Assembly (NCBI GenBank): GCA_965112155.1
Contig: OZ218099.1
DNA length: 64,000 bases
Origin: Podarcis liolepis
Taxonomy: Eukaryota
Direction: 5' to 3' (one strand)
Position 1 is the stretch's first letter, and each line of letters begins with the position of its first letter. Below are positions 54,580-64,000 of the stretch, one piece after another. The notes beneath the pieces were generated by a model. It was not told where the DNA came from and searched no databases. It worked only from the letters and a program-made list of their open reading frames with translations. A program made the translations under genes and the position numbers.

Positions 54580-56504
54580 GAAACTGAAGTGAAGCAAGCG
54601 CTAAGGAGTTTGACTCTTCTTGTGAAAAAGGACTGAAACACGTATGCTTCGGTCTACTCTGGTGCCGTTGGATTTCACTTGTTGACCATGAAGTTGTGTA
54701 TTCATCTACTATGGAATCCTGTTCTGTGGACCATTTTACCACATTTTGGTGGGGAATGCCTTACCATGTCAGGCTAGATTGGCACAAACTGAATCCTCTG
54801 CTAAGTGCTTTCTATAGTAGCCTGAACTGATGCCAGGTCAGTTATTGGTAGGATCCCTTTTTGGTACTTCCCTGAGATCATCTGGTCCTTTCTAACTGTG
54901 CCATAGATGCTTGTTGCTGATGGCCTATTTTTTCCCATTGGCCCTGCCTAGCACTGACCTGACAACATGCACAGCTGTATATGCCCTGTAAATCCTGTGC
55001 TGAGGAATTTTGAACCTCTGCTAGGCTTTGAACAGTAGAGAACCCAGAGGTACTCTCTATCCTACAGGTGCTCAATCTGGTTCAGGAATTATGACTGCAG
55101 GCACATCCATATTGCCATATATCAGGGATGGGGCACCTTTTCCAGTCCAAGGCCCTCATTTCCATCTGTTGTGAGGGGGTTGTCAGTGGTGGGTGAGCCT
55201 GGAGGCAACGGTGGGTGCAGGAGCACATGTAAATGTTACCTTTGTACAGCAGGCAAGCTTCCACATACAATCCTCTTTTGTCTGGACAAGGAAGAGGAGT
55301 TATTAAGGAGACACATTCCAACCAGGCAGAAGCTCTTTGTGTGTGAAGCAGTGCCAGTGGGAAATCTGGCCTGGAAAGAGTTCTGAGGGCCAGATACAGA
55401 AGCCTGGGGGCCACATTTGACCGCCCCAGGCCTGATGTTCACCACCTGTGCAAGGGGGGTGGGAAAGATAAACAAGATCCCAAATTAACACTCCACAACA
55501 AAGGGCTTGCCTTGGTTAACCTTTGGGATATTAGCAAAACTGTTGGTTGCTATTGCTATTTTACTTTTAGAGCCTGCCTTCAGTTCTGTTCTGCAGCTTG
55601 GACCTTCACTTTTCCTTCCTGTGGTGCCATATTATGCAACCCACCTTTGCTGGGATGCATAAGCCCAAGAACCGCCACTGGAACATGGCACGCACACGTC
55701 ATAAGGGGCTCTCACTCTTAACATTATGCTTTGTAGAAGCTGACCTGCTGCTCGACCTCTCTTCACTTTCAGCAGGTGCTGGCAGGCCCACCTTACTACC
55801 TGCAACTCAGCGTAACCCTGAATTTTGCCTATAATTGCCTGTGTGCATGTGCTGTCGGTGCCCTTGCTGTTGATTGCCTTGCCTGTTTGCTTAGTTTCCT
55901 TCCCGTGTCCCTTGACTTAAGCAGTCCTTTCTCTCTTGCAAGGAGTCAGAAACCACTGGTGGGAACAAGGTTCTCCCATATTTGTAGCTATGGAGAATGT
56001 CCTTGCAGGTGGGAAGAGGTTTGAATTCTGCTCCGTCATGCCAGCTAGAGTGGGGTGGAAGTTGCCTGACATTTCCCAGCAACTCCCCTTTCTTGGCTGT
56101 GCCTCCAATCTAGTTTAACCTGCTGGAGGCACCTAACATGACCATGAGCTTGACAGCCTTTGCCTCTTGGTGCTTGCTGGAAAATGGGTGGGTTTGTTTC
56201 GCTGCTGTGCTGATTGGGTATGAGATGGTGCGAGAGCTTCTCCCAAAATGCAGCGCACACCCACTTCTGTCAAGGACCTCACTTAGGGAGTGGCATTTGG
56301 CATAGCAGTTTTTCATTTTCCGCTCTACCTCCACTCCTGGCAATCCTATAGATGTTGCTGGACTCCAGCTCCCACCAGCCCCAGTCAGAGTGACCAGTGA
56401 TCAGGGAAGATGGGAGTTGTAGTTCAGGAACATCTGGATGGCCACAGGTCAGAGGATATTTTCCCAACCATTTTCTGTATAGTAGGATGTTTGTTCAAAG
56501 AAAG

Positions 56505-57015
56505 GGCTGCCAAAATGACCAGTGGGCTGGGCCAAGTCCCCAATGAGAAAAGTTTCTAACATTTGAGAGTGTTTTTTAGCTGAGGAAAGAAGCAAGTAAC
56601 GTGGAACATGATACAGGTGTTTTAACACTTTTGCATGAGAGAGAGAGAGAAGTTCTTCTCCATCTCTTGTAATATTAGAATCTGGAGCTGTCCAATGAAG
56701 CTGAATGATGGGAGATTCAGGACAGACACGGAAGTACTTCGCACAGTGCATAGCTAGTACTATGAAATTTGGTCCCACAAGAGGGACTACCAATTTGGGT
56801 GGCTTTAAGAGGGGATTAGACAAATTAATGGTGGATAAGGCCTTAAATGACTGCTCCTCACGAGGGCTTTATTATCTCCCACATTGGAAGCAGCATGCCT
56901 CCGAATATGTTGCTAGGGAGCATAAGCGGGAGGGTGGCGTTGGACGCAGGTGCTGCTTGTGGGTTTCCCAGGTTGGCCGCCGTGGGGAAACAGGAAGATC
57001 CAGCAGGGCTCCTAC
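56505..57015 (+). mobile_element. Degenerate CR1 LINE 3' end
   Basis: ccaatgaagctgaatgatgggagattcaggacagac...ggctttaagaggggattagacaaatt (FKRGLDK) is typical of the CR1 ORF2 end, followed by 3'UTR. Confidence 0.8.
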
Positions 57016-59961
57016 ATGAAATTGAAAGCATACAGCCGTCCTGTGCCTTGATCCTGTGCAGGCCTATTGACAGTGTCTTGCAGCTGGCATGCCTCTGGAT
57101 TTCATAAGATTGCCCCTTAAGCTGCTGGCTGCCTCTGTGCCCCTCCCTCTTGCCTGGCTGTAACCCTGCCACAGAGCTTGAGCTGCGACCTTGGCCGTCT
57201 GAGAGGGTGGGGGAGGCGGTGGCGGCTGCCCTGCTTGTTTTTCTCTTTAATCCGGCTGCTTGGCTAAGGCTCCCATATGCAGGTTTCCCCTGCCTCAAGA
57301 ATGGTTTCTGGGCTTGAGTCAAACGCCTTTGCCCCTTGAGTCCTGGATCACACTCTGCTTGTTGCCTCCTTCAGTGTACCTGTCAGTTTCTGCTTCTGAT
57401 CTGTGCCCAACACCCTCTAGACTTCTTCAGTCAGAGAGCCTCATGCCAATGGTGGGCAGAGGAAATGTGGGTGAAGCAACAAATGTAATAATATTAAAAA
57501 TAAATGTTATTATTCATACCCTGCCTATATGTACACTAGGCTGGTTTCTGTGCACTCTTACACCTTTTTCTGTCCTCCATTCAAACAGACAAGAGGCATT
57601 ATCTCAGAGCTCAAGGATGCAATCTAGCCACACAAAAACCTTCAAGGAAGGTACAGAGCAGGTTTGCATGGCACCCTGATAAAAGTCTCGAGGGCCAGGT
57701 AGGCGCAAAGGGCCACATTTGGCCCCTGGGCATGGGTTTCCCCTTCCTACTCTAGAATATAAACTTATCCATGAAGTTTACGGCAGGGAGAAATTACCTC
57801 CCTCACCCATCTTGCTTGTATTTGTTATTTTATTTGGAATATTTTTATTCTGCCTTTCTATCAAGAAAAGACATTAATAATTGTAATTCCCTGAAAACTT
57901 GATTCTATGTTGGGACCGAGAAATTTAGGCCCCTGTCTACAGGGACAGTAGAATGTGGGGGCAGAGTTGGCTACAGGTTTTCAGATGGTGGTCTACGAGC
58001 GCCATTGAGGTAGACCATGAAACGATTGTGAATGTCTGTACTTTGGCCTGCACATGATTTATACTTTGTTGGCAGTGGAAGGTAAGGCCATGTTGATCGG
58101 GAGTGGATAAGGTCCAGTGATGTTCTGGCTTAAGGCCTGTGATTTTCATTATATGGTGCTGGTGCAGTTCACTCATTTTTACCTTAAAACAACAATTGAA
58201 GGAACTCTTCTCAGTGCCTTGAGCTATGGCTCATTATTTTTATGATCAGGTTCTGGTTTTGAGAATGCCAGCCCTGAAGGATGAGAAGTTTATGAAGTGG
58301 TTTGTCAAGATCCCCAACAATTTTCAAGTGGTCCATTGGGGGGCGGGGAAGTGATTGAGAACTGACCATACTTGTTGAGGAATAAAATGAGCAGGGCACA
58401 ATTTTTGAAATCTCCTGCAGGTTAAAAACAAAGGGCATTATGGGGAGACGTTCTAGCCTATCTTCAGCTCTCTGCCGTGCTAATTTTCTACCTGAAGGGT
58501 TTCTTTTTATAATGGCAAAGCATTCAAAGATGTAAAACCTCCATATCTATTAAAGAGCACTGCCCTATTTTACCACCTTGAGACTTGACCACCTCAGTCC
58601 CTTGCTATGTATTGATCTAGTCTGCATATCTGACTTTCAGTTCCTCTGAGACAAGTGTCCTTCTGATTAACATTACAAATACAGTGGTACCTCGGGTTAA
58701 GAACTTCAGTGTCACACTAAGGAGATTGTTCAGTCAGAGGAAGCATTTTTAATCTCTCCTCTGCTCCACTGCGCACTGTTCTGGGGGGTTCTCCCAATCC
58801 CTCCTGAGCCGTTTCTGGGGGTGAGGAAAAGCTCCATTATGATAGCAGGGAAACCCTTGCCTGGATTTCTGCTAGTGGGACCAGTTACCTGAATCTTGCC
58901 TCGTGTTTGCCTGCTTCCTGGTGATAGCAAGTTCCATCTTTCCTCATGAGTTTTCACTACACTGTTTCGCCCTCTTCTTAGTTTGTTCAGACCTAACCTT
59001 CCTGAGATGCAGGCTGTGCTGTTGCATCAGTGCGATCATTTCTCACCAGAGTTGCTGTATGGACGAGTGCTTTAGAGGAAGCACCCTGTGCTGGGAAGTA
59101 GAGTCTGGGTAGGAAGCCTAGAATCATAGAGTTGGAAGGGACCACAAGGCTTGATGGATAACGGCAAGGATGTGTTTTGTATGTGTGTAATGTAGCACTG
59201 ATGTCATTTCAGGGCACAGTACTTACACCCTGGAGCCTGTGTTGCGTGTTGGGGCCTGTTGTCAGGTGGAGGTGTGGTGCTTTGCCGGAGACAGGTTTTG
59301 CCTTCGCCCCTCTGGCTCTTGCATAGTTCCCGGGGCACTCTTGTCACGTGTAATTGTACAAGCCCCTGCAGCTTCAGACTGCAGCCGAATAGGCTTGCTG
59401 AGGCCTATGGATGCTCTGTGGTGGGGCAGTCTGAAGCTGCTGCGCAAGAGGTTGGTGCAAGGCTCCTTTCTGGCCTTACCTGCTGGGACTGAGGACTGAT
59501 CTGTGAGGCACGTGCCAGTGATTTCTGGGTGGAATGTGGTTCCTGCAAATAATGCCCACTTCCTGTGTCCCAACAAACTGCTAAACCTGTGCTAGAATTG
59601 TCATTTGAGGCACTTCAGGGCACATTCCCATCATTAAGTCATGACTTAACATGGATTAGTAAGTGCTCAAGGTGTTTTAACCACATGAGTCTTTGCTACC
59701 TAAGGCCCAAACTGCATGCTAATTTCAAACATGTATAATGGTAGCTCAGGGACCCTTTTGGAATAGGGGGAAAAACCCAGTTTCCAGTGGAGGCTACTGA
59801 AAGCGCTTGGGAGAGACAATCCTTTTTTCTCATGGCTATCCAAATCTTTCTCTCCACCCCACCAAGGCTTTTCCCTCACCAGGGTTTCAGATGCACATGT
59901 CTGAAAGCCAAACTAAATGTGGCTTTCAGTGCATCGTGGCATGTGGTGTTAAATATGCCAG

Positions 59962-60173
59962 TGGGGGATTTCTGTGGCTCAGTGGTAGGCCATAGCGTCA
60001 GCGGCAGAGCATCTTCCTTAGATGCAGAAGGTCACAGGTTCAATCCCTGACATTTCCAGGAAAAGCTGGGAGACGCTTGCCTGGAATCCTGGACAGCCCC
60101 TGCAAGTCAAGGTGGACAATATGGGTTAGGTAGACCAGTTGTCTAACTAAGTATAAGTCGGCTTCCTATCTTT
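59962..60173 (+). mobile_element. tRNA-derived SINE with an apparently doubled A-box head
   Basis: tggctcagtggtag then gccatagcgtcagcggcagagcatc...gcagaaggtcacaggttcaatccctgac...gtataagtcggcttcctat. Confidence 0.75.
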
Positions 60174-62227
60174 CCACAATGCAAATATTTGCTTCAGAAT
60201 ATTTGCATTAGGACCACAGCAAGGAAAGGACTAGCTAAGCTCTCCTTCCATGTCTGGTACACAATAATTGGCAGCCCCCTCACCTGTGATGCTATTTGAA
60301 TTTAAAAATGAAAAATAAACTTGCATGTTAAATACTTTGGGTCTGGTTTGGAGTTGAGTGAGCACAACATTACTGGGAGCAAGGACTGTTAGCTTCCTTT
60401 CCCAGGCTTGGGAGTTCCCACTTCTCTGAAACATGATGAGGCTCTCATTTGGAAGGTGTTCTCGTTGCACCATGGCGTGTCCCTGCTTTTCTGAAGTTTG
60501 TTTGAAGGAATCGGCACAGTGATATTTTATTAAGTTTTTGCCGGCATTTCCCCCTAAGACCTGCGGGCCCAAAGCTGATCCTAATCATATGCTGCCACTC
60601 ATCTCCCAGTGCAATTATGTCTCCATGATGCTTTTCTCTCTGTGTCCTTTGTGGCTACAAGCTTACCACATTGGGATGTTGCCTGGCATCATTTTTGCTG
60701 CTCATTAAATGTGCAAAAGCTCATGCCAGGATGGCTGGGGGCAAGGGAAGAGTAGTGTCCCTGGATATAATTGCTGGAGAGCTTGTGTTGTTTGGCCTAC
60801 TCTTTGTGGTTCAGATTTTTTTTTTAAGTCAGTGGCCTGTGTGGCACAGTAACTCCCTGTCATGAGAGCTGGGCTTATACCTTTCTAGCACCTCATTGGG
60901 TATCAGATTAATATCTTAATGTGAAGAGCAAACTAGACGTGACATTTGTTCACTTGAATGTCTGATTTTAAAACAAGAAGTAGCCAATGGTGTTGGTTTT
61001 TTTTGGGGGGGGGAGACTCTACCCAGATTGGGACCATGGCATGGGAGACAGAGGGGCTTTAAACCTTTGCCCCCCACTACAGTCCTGCTTGGAATTAGCA
61101 AAGAACCCCTCTGTATATCTGGTTTTTGTAAAAATCAGAAAACTCTTGGTGCCTATTTTCCTCACAGTCCTTCCTTGCTTGCTACCTTCTTTCCATTGTC
61201 AATAGCAGGTGTGAGGACCTGATTCTAGTAAGTACCCTAGTGGGGACAAAGGGTTAACACCCCCTGCCCTCCCCACCCCCACCATGGTTTCTATCCAACT
61301 TTGTTCCCTCTGCACATGCTATTTATTTCAAATTAACAGCCACACAAATCAAAGCCAAGTGCCAAATGTCACATCTGATTTGTCCCCAGGCTGGCAAGAC
61401 CCCCTTATCAAGTAGCCCCTTCATCTGTTGTGAAGTACAAGACAATAATATCCCCCTTGAGGTTGGTAAGCAGATGGACAATATGGGTTAGGTAGACCAG
61501 TTGTCTAACTAAGTATAAGTAACTAAGTATATTGTTCACCATATCTAGTCTTTCCCCTTTGTCTTTCCCTTACATCTGGTGTGGTAAGGAATGCAGATTC
61601 GAAAGATCAACCTTGGTTTGGAGCAAACTCTCCTCCCTTTGTAGCTGAGCAGGTCCATTTCTGTACTCCACTCATGGAGTTTCTGACAATGGTTCTGTGC
61701 AGTGAGCAAGCTGCCATCATTTTAAGTTTCTTTGCAATGGGAAAGTGGTCGTTGCTGCCTTTCATGTGAAAAGGGGCTGATCCCTTTTCAATTCTCAGCT
61801 CTGGATACTGCTGAAAAGGCATCCAGGACAGAATGTGAAGAGACAGTAAAACCTGTTGGCTTCATAATCCTTAGAGCTGCATTACTCCCCACCCCAAATA
61901 TTGGGTTTGCCTGTTGTGCAGAGAAGCCGCCCATTGTGGTTGCAGATGGGGGAGGAGAGGACATGGGTCAGTACTAGCAGCCATGCTAGCCCTGGGCAAT
62001 AATTGATGTGGGGTGGGTGTGTTGTGTGGCAGGGACCCAGAGTATTATACATAGCCATTCATGTCTAGGCTGACCTCTTTGCACTCTCTTAGGTTCTGGG
62101 CTACTATATGCAGGCTCTGCTTTGTGCTTTCCCCCCTCCAACCACAAGTTTGGTAATGATCTTAGTGTCTATGCCAATATTGGTCAGCATGTGAAAAGCT
62201 GGACCTTTTGGCAGACATTTCACAGAT

Positions 62228-62292
62228 TGCTCAGTTGGTAGAGCACAGGACTTAATCTCAGAGCATGGTTTCGGGCCCCATGTTGGGCAAAA
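62228..62292 (+). mobile_element. Degenerate tRNA-Lys-derived SINE head
   Basis: gctcagttggtagagcacaggacttaatctcag...gccccatgttgggcaaaa, related to the 10683 element. Confidence 0.65.
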
Positions 62293-62407
62293 CTGTTACC
62301 TGCTCTGTCTATATTTCTCAGTAACAACATGTGCCCCCCTCCACAAGTTCAGCTGTGCTTGGGAGGGAAGCTGTGCTATTCACAGCCTAAAAGATTTGAC
62401 TAGGGAC

Positions 62408-62408
<1 letters not shown>

Positions 62409-62454
<46 letters not shown>
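62409..62454. repeat. (TG)n microsatellite
   Basis: Seen directly. Confidence 0.95.
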
Positions 62455-62458
<4 letters not shown>

Positions 62459-64000
62459 ACCACTCTCCTTATCCCTCCCAGCCAAAGTAGGCTGTTCCCA
62501 ATGTTGGATGCCCTGAAGACTTGGAGGTGGGTGGGATGGGCTTTCTGCCAGGAGGGGTGGCTGGGCTTTGTTAGTTTGGGCTCTAAGCCATGGGGCAGGA
62601 AAGGAGCTGGGACTGCGGCCACAAGTCTGGTCCCGTGCAGTTGTGGCTGTGATCAGGTGCTGCTGAATCAGCTGGCGAAGCTGTTCCACCTGTTCCCCTT
62701 TGCACACTCGCGCGCTCAGGAATGTCCCGTCCCTCCCAGCCCTGCTCACTGGCAGGAGCTGACACGTAGATCTCCAGTCTCGTGGCCTCACCTCTTGAGG
62801 AAACAGCTGGTATAGCGCGTGCGTGTAAGCCTTGGCATGATCTTCCTGTCAGGAAGACGCTAATATGTCTTGCTTTCCCTATACCTGCCATCCGCAGGCC
62901 AGAGTACCGCAAACCCAGTGGGAGGAAGAGAGCTTACAGTTTCTGAAGGAGGAAGGAGAAGCTTGTACCGCTGCCGTTTATTATTGAGCCTGTGGGAGGC
63001 CTGCTTCCCAGTTCCTCCAAAGGCCTGCCCCTTTCCCAAAGCAAAAATTGGCCCGACTTCTTGCTTAACTCTTTAAATATAACTGGCCTCTTGCAATCCA
63101 GAGGCTAAACACAGGATTCCCAGCCTCCGGACACTCCACTGCCCCCTGAAATAGTGCTGTGATAGCATTGCGGATCCCCTTTCTGTCGTAAGCCTGCAGA
63201 GGGTGGATGTGTCTGAGCCTGCTGATGTTAATTGTGTTGTCAGGGTAGAAATTAATACCCTCCTCTTACGGCTGGATGCCAGAGCTCTTGCAGTGGGTGC
63301 CCCCAAGCTATTTGTCTGCTCTGCACTTGCTTGTTGGGGTGTGTGGTTTGCGTGCAAGTCCCCAGCGGATGCACAGCCAAGGCTGCCCCGTGAGGCTCCA
63401 TCTCTGCCTTCTGTCCTGTAAGGTTTTATCTGAGATCGGGAGCACTCGCTTAGCATTCAAGGGAATCTGGCTCCTAGCCATGCTGTTCCTTGCTTCTGCC
63501 TTTTTCCTCTTGGCATGCTAGGGGAAAGGTGCTCAAAAGAGGCAATGCTTCTGCTGTGGAGATGAAAGTTCATGAAGGGGGAAACCCCTTGTCTCCAAAT
63601 CACAAGTGTTGCCAAATCGCATCCATCTGGGGCTGCTGTTCCAGTGTGTGCATGTTTTATGATGCCAGGAGACTTGTAAGGTGAGGGCAAGGATGGATTA
63701 GTCTTTCCCTAGTTGCCTCATATGTATTCCAGGGATGGACAGTCTTTTTACCCCCAGAGGCTACATGCAGCGACGGTGGGTGCTTACATACATGTACATA
63801 TCACCACAGAGATATGTGCGCACATCCTCTGAAAGCAGCAATTGTGGTGCCTAGCAAGTATGATACTTACTTGCTTTCTTTCCTTGCTCAGAGGATAATA
63901 ATCAACTACCACCTCAGAATGAGCAGCTGTGTGGTGTGCTGTGAGTAGCACAGTTTACGTACTTCTACCAGTAGTAAAATTCAGCAAAATTCAATTGGCA

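Noticed and set aside
58682-58706. Complete MITE
   Set aside because: Only a solo 25-bp left end matching the 25666 family; no right TIR
1-64000. Most ORFs in the six-frame track outside the listed exons, including antisense ORFs over NOTCH3 exons
   Set aside because: Short, mostly non-ATG starts, no recognisable domains; they are shadows of real exons, repeats or microsatellites (poly-His, HT/CV runs)
1-64000. CRISPR arrays, operons or prokaryote-style systems
   Set aside because: Intron-exon vertebrate DNA; the direct repeats seen are only two-copy duplications with no repeat-spacer periodicity

Overview
Vertebrate genomic DNA, not microbial. The repeats (Sauria SINEs, BovB, CR1, L1, Tc1/mariner and hAT MITEs) point to a squamate, probably a lacertid lizard (inference). 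Bases 2398-24104 (+) hold the last 26 coding exons of NOTCH3. I placed them by hand from GT-AG boundaries: they sum to 5843 nt, start in phase 1 and read in one frame to the TGA at 24104. They encode 24 EGF repeats, 3 LNR, HD with the furin site, TM, RAM, ankyrin repeats and PEST. A ~1.5 kb 3'UTR follows, then ~21 kb of repeat-rich intergenic DNA, then a CpG-island promoter with the first coding exon of CAMSAP3 (47819-47966, +). CAMSAP3 intron 1 runs past the window end. I found no evidence of a wholly new multi-gene system. The best leads are: (1) an extra EGF exon equivalent to NOTCH1/2 EGF21, which mammalian NOTCH3 lacks; (2) a 9-codon tandem duplication beside the S1 furin site; (3) a retained TPPSQHSY motif; (4) clustered miR-1/206 and miR-34/449 sites downstream of proximal poly(A) signals; (5) direct NOTCH3-CAMSAP3 adjacency; (6) an overlapping uORF whose stop overlaps CAMSAP3 Met12 (ATGA); (7) two perfect 45-46 bp locally templated duplications. 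Comparisons with human/other proteins and repeat consensus sequences are from memory and need alignment to confirm.
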